Assembly (NCBI GenBank): GCA_963677595.1
Contig: OY782041.1
Location: 1,440,001-1,504,000, forward strand
DNA from: Spirochaetia bacterium
GTDB lineage: Bacteria > Spirochaetota > Spirochaetia > CAKZLE01
DNA: 64,000 nucleotides
Direction: 5' to 3'
Position 1 is the stretch's first letter, and every line of letters begins with the position of its first letter. Both the position numbers and the translations under genes were made by a program. Shown in pieces: positions 27,011 to 34,897 of this stretch. Below the pieces are notes generated by a model that saw only the letters and a list, made by a program, of their open reading frames with translations, was not told the DNA's origin and did no database searches.

Positions 27011-28276
27011 TCAGTCGATCTTGTCTGCGATCTGCTGGACGAACTGCTTCGGGGTAGCGTTCCCCAGAGCCATCTTGGCAAGAGCCTGACCGAACTCAGC
27101 GACCACGTCAGTGGTGAAGTTGGCCTGGAAGTGGGTGACCATGAATTCTGCGTCATTGACGGCATTCATGAACTTGCCCTGCAGTTCATCGACGTTGTCC
27201 CCTGCATCTACGGAGTACTTCACTGCGAACATCGAACCTGCATCGAAGGAGATCCTCTTCACGTTCTCAGGCTTTGTCATCCATCGCATGAACGCGATGA
27301 CTGCATCCTGCTTCCTTGGGTCATCTGTAGCACCGGCAGCAAGATTGGACTGCGGGAACCCGATCATGGCGCCAGAGTAGTTGATCCCGGGTGCGGAACC
27401 GACTTCGGTAGCGGCATAGACATCAGGCACTTCACTCTTTACCCGGCCGATGTACCAGGGACCGTTGATGAACATCGCTGACCGACCTGCGAGATAGTGG
27501 CCGCCTGCCACGCCGGCATCTCCGCCGACAGCGTCCTTGGAGGTGTTGCCGTCTGAGTACATCTTCAGGAGGATCTCAGCAGCCTGTACGAATACGGGGT
27601 CCGTGATGTCCTTCTTCCATACATCGGGTCCGCCGATCGCTGCTGCGATATGGGAGAACCAGAGCATCGATGTCCATGCGTTGGTACCGCCGGTCATCTG
27701 GCTTGTCGGGATATAGCCTGCAGCCTTGATCTTATCGCATGCTGCGAAGAACTCGTCATAGGTCTCGGGGATCTTGGAGACACCTGAAGCCTTGAGGATG
27801 TCCATGTTGTACCAGATCGGGGTCACGCCGATCTCGAACGGGATGGACTTGGTCTCACCCTTGATGGTAGCGCCGTCGATGGCACCTGCGACGAAGCTGT
27901 CTCCCCAGTCGCTGTCAAGGGCATCCGAGAAGTCCATGAGCAGGTCACCCTCATAGAATGAGAAGGATGTCGGGTCCGGGTTGAACACGAACAGGTCAGG
28001 GACGACGCCTGCTGCGATCTGTGAGTTCAGTTTGTTCCGGTATGCATCATAATCGGGGTTTGCCTCGATATCGACCTGGTATTTGCCTTCATACATGACA
28101 TTGAACTCGTCAACAAGGGCAGCAACGGTCGCAGCCTTCGAGTCCTCACCTACCCAGATGGTAGGCCACTTGAGCACGATCTCTCCGGTCCCTTCCTGCT
28201 GTCCACCTGCCCAGGCCATTGCCGGCATCAGGAACAATACAAGAGCCATCACAAATAAGATTCGTTTAGTCCTCAT
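27011..28276 (-). CDS. Carbohydrate ABC transporter substrate-binding protein (candidate SQ/SQ-glycoside binding protein)
   Basis: Signal peptide …AWAGGQQE; CUT1 SBP patterns (IWYN..I, AMFINGPW); AAGGAG RBS. Confidence 0.9.
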   Translation of the reverse strand: MRTKRILFVMALVLFLMPAMAWAGGQQEGTGEIVLKWPTIWVGEDSKAATVAALVDEFNVMYEGKYQVDIEANPDYDAYRNKLNSQIAAGVVPDLFVFNPDPTSFSFYEGDLLMDFSDALDSDWGDSFVAGAIDGATIKGETKSIPFEIGVTPIWYNMDILKASGVSKIPETYDEFFAACDKIKAAGYIPTSQMTGGTNAWTSMLWFSHIAAAIGGPDVWKKDITDPVFVQAAEILLKMYSDGNTSKDAVGGDAGVAGGHYLAGRSAMFINGPWYIGRVKSEVPDVYAATEVGSAPGINYSGAMIGFPQSNLAAGATDDPRKQDAVIAFMRWMTKPENVKRISFDAGSMFAVKYSVDAGDNVDELQGKFMNAVNDAEFMVTHFQANFTTDVVAEFGQALAKMALGNATPKQFVQQIADKID

Positions 28277-28294
28277 AGAAACTCTCCTTTATTT

Positions 28295-28340
28295 TTACTT
28301 ACACTAAGTAAGTAAAACACAGTTGATACCAGTTGTCAAT
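28295..28340 (-). promoter_or_regulatory. Promoter overlapped by ROK operator 3
   Basis: Perfect palindrome TTTTACTTAC-ACTAA-GTAAGTAAAA; minus strand reads TTGACA-17 nt-TTTACT. Confidence 0.75.
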
Positions 28341-28451
28341 ATTTTTCTTGGTACATAATTCTCGCCCTTCCGCTCTTTGACAACATCCCCATAGGTACAC
28401 TATACCATGAAACCAATACCATCTCTGTCAGTACTTGGTTATAAAGTCCCA

Positions 28452-29636
28452 TCACACGATCGAGAAGAACTCATCGAAGACCAGGTCACAGGCCCCGAGG
28501 CCGGCTTCCAACGCACTGTAGTCATCGGCATAGACGGAGACCTCCTTCCCCTTCGGGTTGTAGGAGTCATTCTGCAGGCACTCCCTCACCACTTCCGCGA
28601 GCACTTTCGACAGCTCCGGGAAGCGGGTGATCACCAGCAGCCCGTCGGGGGAGAGGATCCTGAAGATGTTCTGGGCACTCACTGCCAGGGCAGAGGCTTC
28701 ACGCTTGATGAGTTCCCTCACTTCCACCTCCCCGGTCTCCAGTGCCTTCTCGACCGCCTCGATCGACTCGAACCGGTAGCCCTCCGCTCGCAGGGACTCC
28801 ATGATCCCCGTCTCGGAAACATAGGTCTCCAGGCAGCCGTTGGAACCGCAGTAGCACTCCCTGCCGCCGACATCCATGATCATATGGCCGATCTCGAAGG
28901 TCGTCCTCCCCAGCACGGAAAAGAGGTTCCCCTGGGTGATGAAGGCCCCGCCAACACCCTGGCGGATGAAGAAGGTGAACAGTGCCCCGGAATCCTTCGC
29001 GACCCCTCTGCGGTAGGCGTTCATTGCCACGACCCCGGCATTGTTGGTCACGACCACCGGGATCCTGAACTCATCCTCAAGGATCTTCCCGATCGGGAAG
29101 TTCTCGAACCCCTTGATCCGTGAATAGAAGATCACCTCCCGGGTCTCGACATTGATGCGGCCCGGTGCACCGACCCCGATACCGAGGATCCTTTCGCCAG
29201 TGATCCCTGACTTCCTGATCGCCTGGCTGATCATGTCGATGATGCTTCCTATGACCAGGTCGGCATCGGCATCTTCCGGGAGCAGCAGGTCATCGGAATA
29301 GATCGGCTTCTTGGTGAAGTCCACGATGAGCACATGTGCTGACCGTGACCAGAACTCGATCCCGATCACGTAATGGGCCGCAGCATTCACCTGGTAGTAG
29401 ACCGGCTTCCTCCCCTTCCTGTCAGGGGTCTTCGCGGCATAATCCTTCACGATGCGGATCAGTCCCTTCTCCTCGAGGATGGAGAAGATACGCAGGACCG
29501 TCGGGGCCTTGAGACCGGTCATGTTCACGACCTCGGACTGGGAAAGGGCGTCACTCATCTGGATAGCCCGAAGGACGATCTTCTCGTTCTTCTCCCTGAT
29601 GTCCTCTCCCCGCAACGGCATGTTCTTCATAGTCAT
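28452..29636 (-). CDS. ROK-family transcriptional repressor
   Basis: N-terminal wHTH with GRKP; motifs GIGVGAPG, GVGGA and EIGHM…CYCGSNGCLE. Confidence 0.93.
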   Translation of the reverse strand: MTMKNMPLRGEDIREKNEKIVLRAIQMSDALSQSEVVNMTGLKAPTVLRIFSILEEKGLIRIVKDYAAKTPDRKGRKPVYYQVNAAAHYVIGIEFWSRSAHVLIVDFTKKPIYSDDLLLPEDADADLVIGSIIDMISQAIRKSGITGERILGIGVGAPGRINVETREVIFYSRIKGFENFPIGKILEDEFRIPVVVTNNAGVVAMNAYRRGVAKDSGALFTFFIRQGVGGAFITQGNLFSVLGRTTFEIGHMIMDVGGRECYCGSNGCLETYVSETGIMESLRAEGYRFESIEAVEKALETGEVEVRELIKREASALAVSAQNIFRILSPDGLLVITRFPELSKVLAEVVRECLQNDSYNPKGKEVSVYADDYSALEAGLGACDLVFDEFFSIV

Positions 29637-29737
29637 ATGCTAACTCCTGCAGTCATAGACGGTTGCCGCCTCTTCCCGCTATTTCTCTCTTTTATACCAT
29701 TTTCTCCTTTACAAAGGAAGGATATAATGATATTTTT

Positions 29738-29758
29738 TTACTTACTTAATGTAAGTAA
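29738..29758. promoter_or_regulatory. ROK operator 4, between the divergent ROK and transketolase genes
   Basis: Perfect TTACTTAC-TTAAT-GTAAGTAA directly downstream of TATAAT (29723-29728). Confidence 0.75.
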
Positions 29759-29778
29759 ATTATAGCAAGGAGTTCCTG

Positions 29779-30609
29779 ATGAATCAAGAAAAAAAGCAGG
29801 ACCTGCAGGAAAAGGCGCGACTCGTCCGTATCGAGACCCTGAAGTCGATCGGGCATCTCGGGGTCGGCCACGTCGGCGGGGCGATGTCCATCGTCGAGGT
29901 CCTGACCTATCTCTATTATTCGGAGATGAAGGTGGATCCTGAGAAACCGAGGATGGAAGACCGTGACCGTCTCGTCCTCTCCAAGGGACATGCCGGCCCG
30001 GCGCTCTACAGCGTACTGGCCATGAAGGGGTTCTTCCCGATGGAGTGGCTGCTGACCCTCAACGAGGGGGGGACCAACCTCCCGAGCCACTGTGACAGGA
30101 ACCGCACCCCGGGGATCGACATGACGACCGGTTCCCTCGGGCAGGGGCTCTCGGCAGCAGTCGGCATCGCCCTGGCTACCCGATACCAGGAACGGGGGAA
30201 CCGGGTGTTCGCTATCATCGGCGACGGCGAGTCCCAGGAGGGACAGAACTGGGAGGCGGCGATGAGTGCGGCACAGTTCAAGCTCGGCAGCCTGATCGCC
30301 TTCACTGATTATAATAAGATGCAGATAGACGGCATGACCGGCGATATCATGGACCTTGAGGGGCTGAAGGCTAAATGGGAATCATTCGGCTGGCACACCC
30401 AGCAGGTCGACGGGCATGACTTCGATGCGCTCGAGGAGGCCGTCGCCGCTGCGAAGGAGCAGGCTGACAAGCCGTCGATGATCATCCTCGACACGATCAA
30501 GGGCAGGGGCTGTTCCTTTGCCGAAGGGAAACTCGGCAGCCATAACATGCCGGTAACGGCTGAGGACCTCAAAGAGGCCCTCGCAGCGCTTGGAGAGGGA
30601 GGAAACTAG
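29779..30609 (+). CDS. sqwG: Transketolase N-terminal subunit (probable 6-deoxy-6-sulfofructose transketolase SqwG)
   Basis: Motifs GHVGG, DRLVLSKGH, TGSLGQG and the TPP motif GDGE…N. Confidence 0.85.
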   Translation: MNQEKKQDLQEKARLVRIETLKSIGHLGVGHVGGAMSIVEVLTYLYYSEMKVDPEKPRMEDRDRLVLSKGHAGPALYSVLAMKGFFPMEWLLTLNEGGTNLPSHCDRNRTPGIDMTTGSLGQGLSAAVGIALATRYQERGNRVFAIIGDGESQEGQNWEAAMSAAQFKLGSLIAFTDYNKMQIDGMTGDIMDLEGLKAKWESFGWHTQQVDGHDFDALEEAVAAAKEQADKPSMIILDTIKGRGCSFAEGKLGSHNMPVTAEDLKEALAALGEGGN

Positions 30610-30610
30610 C

Positions 30611-31549
30611 ATGGGAAAAGATATGAGACAGGTTTATACCGACACACTCATCGAGATGGCGAAGGACGATGAGAGGATCTGCGTACTCGAGGCCGACCTG
30701 ATGAATGCGACCGGGACGAGGTCGTTCCTCAACGCCTACCCCGACCGTACCTTTGATGTGGGGGTCGCCGAGGCCAACATGGTGGGAGTCGCCTCAGGGC
30801 TGTCAGCCGAGGGGATGATCCCTTTCGCAGCCTCCTTCGGGACGTTCTCCTCACGGAGAACCTTCGACCAGTTCTTCCTCTCCTCCAATTATGCGCAACT
30901 CAACGTGAAGCTCGTCGGGACCGATCCCGGAATCACTGCCCAGTACAACGGAGGGACCCACATGCCGTTCGAGGACATCGGGATGATGCGGCTCATACCG
31001 GGCCTGGTCATCGTGGAACCGTCGGACATCGTCTCCTGCGAAGCCCTGGTCAGGGCAGCGGCGGCACATGAGGGCTCGATGTACATCAGGCTCCACCGGA
31101 AGGGCTCGAATGCCCTGTATACGGATACTTCCGAGATAGAACTCGGGAAGGGCAACGTACTCGCAGACGGGACTGACGTCACGATCATCGCTTCAGGGTT
31201 CGTCATGGTGCCTGAAGCACTCAAGGCTGCCGAGCTGCTCGGGGAGCAGGGGATATCGGCGGCAGTCATCGACATGCACACGATCAAGCCGCTCGATGGT
31301 GAGCTCGTACTGGAATATGCCCGGAAGACCGGTGCGGTCGTGACCTGCGAGAACCACCAGGTCGCAGGCGGCCTCGGCGGGGCAGTCGCCGAGCTTCTCG
31401 GAGAGGAACTGCCCACCCCGATGGGCAGGATCGGCTCACAGGACCGATTCGGGCAGGTCGGTACCCAGGACTTCCTGATCAGGGAGTATGGGATGACAGC
31501 TGAGGATATCGCAAAGAAGGCTGTTGCGGTAATCAAGAAGAAGAGATAA
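30611..31549 (+). CDS. sqwH: Transketolase C-terminal subunit (probable SqwH)
   Basis: Motifs GVAEANM, GGTHM, TIKPLD and ENH…GGLG; start MGKD 1 nt after the upstream stop. Confidence 0.85.
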   Translation: MGKDMRQVYTDTLIEMAKDDERICVLEADLMNATGTRSFLNAYPDRTFDVGVAEANMVGVASGLSAEGMIPFAASFGTFSSRRTFDQFFLSSNYAQLNVKLVGTDPGITAQYNGGTHMPFEDIGMMRLIPGLVIVEPSDIVSCEALVRAAAAHEGSMYIRLHRKGSNALYTDTSEIELGKGNVLADGTDVTIIASGFVMVPEALKAAELLGEQGISAAVIDMHTIKPLDGELVLEYARKTGAVVTCENHQVAGGLGGAVAELLGEELPTPMGRIGSQDRFGQVGTQDFLIREYGMTAEDIAKKAVAVIKKKR

Positions 31550-31563
31550 CAGGAGAGAGAAAT

Positions 31564-32049
31564 ATGGCAGACAAGATCACATTGGCAATAGCTTCCGACC
31601 TTTCGGGGTTCCCGCTGAAGACGGCGATCGTGGAGTACCTTAACACCCGCGATGATATCGAGGTGATAGATTTCGGTATCGAGTCACCGGACGCACCGAA
31701 GCCCTACTCGGTCCAGGCACCGAAGGTTGCCCAGGCCATCCAGGACGGCAAGGCAGAGAAAGGTATCCTCATCTGCGGGACAGGACAGGGGATGGCGATC
31801 GTCGCCAACAAGCACAAGGGCATCTACGCCTGCGTCGCTGACAGCGTCTTCTCCGGGGAACGCGCAAAGATCATCAACAACGCCAACGTCCTCACCATGG
31901 GCGGATGGATCACCGCACCCTTCCTCGGCGTCCAGATCGTGGAAGGCTGGCTGAATATGGCGTTCACCCAGAAGATGGAGTTCAAGCGGGACTTCCTCAC
32001 CGAACAGTTCGGTGTCGTCCAGGGCATCGAGGAGAAGAATTTCAAATAG
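31564..32049 (+). CDS. sqwI: RpiB/LacAB-family isomerase (probable 4-deoxy-4-sulfoerythrose isomerase SqwI)
   Basis: Motifs ICGTGQGM..ANK and NNANVLTMG; SDLSG in place of the canonical SDHAG. Confidence 0.8.
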   Translation: MADKITLAIASDLSGFPLKTAIVEYLNTRDDIEVIDFGIESPDAPKPYSVQAPKVAQAIQDGKAEKGILICGTGQGMAIVANKHKGIYACVADSVFSGERAKIINNANVLTMGGWITAPFLGVQIVEGWLNMAFTQKMEFKRDFLTEQFGVVQGIEEKNFK

Positions 32050-32104
32050 ATCTATATGGAAGGATCCTTCCATTAAGATTGTGTGTGCACTATCCAAAAC
32101 CCTC

Positions 32105-32129
32105 GAAGCCGTCCCAAACGGGGCGGCTT
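32105..32129. terminator. Hairpin between the convergent rpiB-like and aldolase genes
   Basis: GAAGCCGTCC / GGGCGGCTTC stem. Confidence 0.65.
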
Positions 32130-32142
32130 CACTCTATCTGCC

Positions 32143-32769
32143 TCACATCCTGTCGATAGCTTCCTTGCGCTCCTGGTCGAGGGGACGCATCCCGCCGAGG
32201 AGCTCCCCCATCCAGGTCATCTTCGCTGCGACCTCCAGGACCTCCATCCGGTCGTACGCCTGGTGCAGGGTCTGTCCCACGGTGATCACCCCGTGGTTCT
32301 CCATCAGGACGACCCGGGTTCCCTCGGCCTTGAAGGACTCCCCCACGATCCCGGCAAGTCCCGGGGTCCCCATGAGGGCATAGGGGGCGAAGACAGGTTC
32401 CCCGAGGAGGAACCGGGACTCCGCGAGGAGGTCGGTCCGCAGCTTCTTCCCGGTTGCCGTGAAGAGGCTGGCCGTGACCGGGTGGGCATGGACGATCGCC
32501 TTGATGTCGGGACGGGACCTGAAGATCTCGAGGTGCATCCCGGTCTCGATGCTCGTGGGAAGCTCTGGTGTGAGGTTCTCGCCGGCCATCGTGACGAGGG
32601 CTACCGTCTCTGGCTGGAGGTTGCCCTTATCGAGTTTGGAGGGGGTGATGAGGACGCGGTCCTCGTCCACCCGCACGCTGATGTTCCCCCCGGAACAGGT
32701 CGTGAGGCCCTGCGAATAGAGCCTCCTCATATATAATGCGATCTCTTCCTGTATTGCCTGGTACTCCAT
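32143..32769 (-). CDS. Class II aldolase/adducin-family protein
   Basis: Motifs GGNISVR, ITPS, SIE..MH, HAHP and NHG (zinc histidines). Confidence 0.9.
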   Translation of the reverse strand: MEYQAIQEEIALYMRRLYSQGLTTCSGGNISVRVDEDRVLITPSKLDKGNLQPETVALVTMAGENLTPELPTSIETGMHLEIFRSRPDIKAIVHAHPVTASLFTATGKKLRTDLLAESRFLLGEPVFAPYALMGTPGLAGIVGESFKAEGTRVVLMENHGVITVGQTLHQAYDRMEVLEVAAKMTWMGELLGGMRPLDQERKEAIDRM

Positions 32770-32780
32770 CACCTCTCCCA

Positions 32781-33326
32781 TCAGTCCGCCATGCTCGGGG
32801 TCATCGACCTGAAGGAGATGTCGAGGTCACGCTCCCAGGCAAGTTCCAGGAGGGTCTCCTGCAGGGCTGCGGCACGCTTTGGTCCCTCGAGGGTCACCCG
32901 TATGCGCATGTTGAACATCGGGGAACCGGTGAAGGGTGCGGATTCCGCATCCGTCTCGAGCTCCTCGATGTTTATATCCTCCCGGGCAAGGAGGGCAGTG
33001 ACTGCATGGACGATCCCCGGGGAGTCCAGGGAGACGGTCTCGATGAGGTAGGGTACCCCTTTCCGCTTCACTTCAGCTTCCCGGGTCTTCACGACATCGA
33101 CAGAGAAATCCTTCAGTTTCCCGGAGGTGAAATCATAAGCTACAAGCTCATCGACCGCCTCAGGCGTTCCTTCAACGAGCATCATGACGGCGAACTCCCC
33201 GCCGAGGACGGACATCTTGCTCTCCTCAATATTGCAGGAGACCTGCTCCACCACGCTGGTTATATCATCGACGACACCGATACGATCCGACCCGATCGCC
33301 CGCAACACGGCATATGCTTGTTCCAT
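32781..33326 (-). CDS. Tandem ACT-domain protein (GcvR-like)
   Basis: G.DR.GVV…CNIEESKM..LGGEFA and a second ACT domain D.PGIV…INIEEL. Confidence 0.85.
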   Translation of the reverse strand: MEQAYAVLRAIGSDRIGVVDDITSVVEQVSCNIEESKMSVLGGEFAVMMLVEGTPEAVDELVAYDFTSGKLKDFSVDVVKTREAEVKRKGVPYLIETVSLDSPGIVHAVTALLAREDINIEELETDAESAPFTGSPMFNMRIRVTLEGPKRAAALQETLLELAWERDLDISFRSMTPSMAD

Positions 33327-33467
33327 CTGTTACCCTCCAGGACTTCATTCTCTACAGGCATTGTACGAACAAGGAACACACTTGTCCACCGGAATTACCA
33401 GTTAATTATCTATTCGCGGACCCTATTTTTCTTGAACTGCCGCTTCTCCCCATAGTATAGTGAGTGT

Positions 33468-33569
33468 ATGGAAGACCCGTTACCTGACAATTCAGACGAC
33501 CCTCACTTACACGAACCATCAGCACCGTCCTGCGTTCATACCGCCCCTGCTGAAGGGGTTCCGGCATGA
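33468..33569 (+). CDS. Candidate leaderless Pro-rich leader peptide (33 aa) coupled to the CNNM gene
   Basis: ATG 6 nt after TATAGT; peptide MEDPLPDNSDDPHLHEPSAPSCVHTAPAEGVPA; stop overlaps the CNNM start (ATGA). Confidence 0.5.
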   Translation: MEDPLPDNSDDPHLHEPSAPSCVHTAPAEGVPA

Positions 33570-34819
33570 GTTCTTACATCATACCGATCATCGTCCTCAT
33601 CCTGCTCTCCGGTATATTCTCCGGGACCGAGACTGCGTTCACCTCCCTTACCTTCATCCAGGTCAAGGAGCTCGAGGACAGCAAGCGAAAAGCCGCGAAG
33701 CTGGCAGCATCATTGGCCAAGCGGTCCGATGTACTCCTCACGACGATCCTCATCGGGAACAACCTCGTGAACATCGCGGCCTCCGCCCTGGTCACGACGA
33801 TGACCATCCAACGGTTCGGTAACCGAGCTGTCGGCTATGCGACGGGGATCCTGACGCTGGTCATCCTCATCTTCGCCGAGATCACGCCCAAGCAGATTGC
33901 CATCGTCCATAACAAGAGCATCAGCATCGCCATGGCCTACCCCGTGCGCTTCCTCATGTTCGCCCTCTACCCCTTCGTCTTCATCATCAAGGGGATCAGC
34001 TCCTCTATCACGAGCCTCTTCGTCAAGGAGAAGCGGAAGCACATCTCCCTCGAGGGGATCCTCCATGTCGTCGATGTCGCACAGGACCAGGGGGTCGTGG
34101 AGGACTATGAGTCCAACCTCGTGCAGCGCGTGTTCAGGTTCGACGACATCGACGTCCATACCGTCATGACCCACCGTACCGCCGTCTTCAGCATCAACGG
34201 CAGCACCAGCGTCAAGGAAGCCCTCCCGCTCGTGGTCCAGAGCGGTTTCTCCCGCATCCCTATCTACGAGGGGACCCCGGAACATATCGTGGGGGTGCTG
34301 CTGACCCGGGACCTGCTCGACCAGGTGATCAATGATCACCTCGAGCTGACGGTCGACCAGATCACCATCGATCCCATATTCGTCCCCGAGACCCGCAAGA
34401 TCCATGATATGTTCTCCATCTTCAAGCACCAGAAGCAGCATATGGCGATCGTCATGGACGAGTACGGAGGCCTCGCCGGGGTCGTCACCCTCGAGGACGT
34501 GATCGAGGAGCTCTTCGGCGAGCTGTATGACGAGCATGAGACCGGGACCCTCGAAAGGATCGTCCCGGTCGGCGACGACTCCTACCGGATCATGGGGGAG
34601 ACCCCCATCCAGCAGGTAGAGGACTACTTCGACCTCGACATGGAGCACAGCCGGCACGTCGGGACGGTCAGCGGGTACATCATCGAGCAGACCGGCTCCA
34701 TCCCCGCGGAGGGGCAGATCATGGATACGGAATGGGGTATCTTCAAGGTGGACTCCATGCAGGGGAACAGGATCATCTCCCTGGTCTTCATGCCGATGGA
34801 GCAGAAGGAACCCTCATAA
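33566..34819 (+). CDS. CNNM/CorB-type (DUF21-CBS-CorC, 'hemolysin family') Mg2+-homeostasis protein
   Basis: Motifs FSGTETA, ILIGNNLVN and AEITPK; CBS pair with SRIP and DEYGG..G.VTLED; CorC domain. Confidence 0.92.
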   Translation: MSSYIIPIIVLILLSGIFSGTETAFTSLTFIQVKELEDSKRKAAKLAASLAKRSDVLLTTILIGNNLVNIAASALVTTMTIQRFGNRAVGYATGILTLVILIFAEITPKQIAIVHNKSISIAMAYPVRFLMFALYPFVFIIKGISSSITSLFVKEKRKHISLEGILHVVDVAQDQGVVEDYESNLVQRVFRFDDIDVHTVMTHRTAVFSINGSTSVKEALPLVVQSGFSRIPIYEGTPEHIVGVLLTRDLLDQVINDHLELTVDQITIDPIFVPETRKIHDMFSIFKHQKQHMAIVMDEYGGLAGVVTLEDVIEELFGELYDEHETGTLERIVPVGDDSYRIMGETPIQQVEDYFDLDMEHSRHVGTVSGYIIEQTGSIPAEGQIMDTEWGIFKVDSMQGNRIISLVFMPMEQKEPS

Positions 34820-34861
34820 CAGCTGAAGGTAACTTCTTTACACCCAAATGGCTGTATCTGA

Positions 34862-34890
34862 TTGACTCTATCGTATCTCGCGAGTATCAT
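34862..34890 (+). promoter_or_regulatory. Sigma70-type promoter that would give a leaderless leuS mRNA
   Basis: TTGACT-17 nt-TATCAT, then 7 nt to ATG, with no SD sequence. Confidence 0.6.
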
Positions 34891-34897
34891 TCTCAGC

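Noticed and set aside
32143-32769. Class II aldolase as part of the SQ pathway
   Set aside because: Opposite strand, coupled to the ACT-domain gene, separated by a terminator and without the ROK operator
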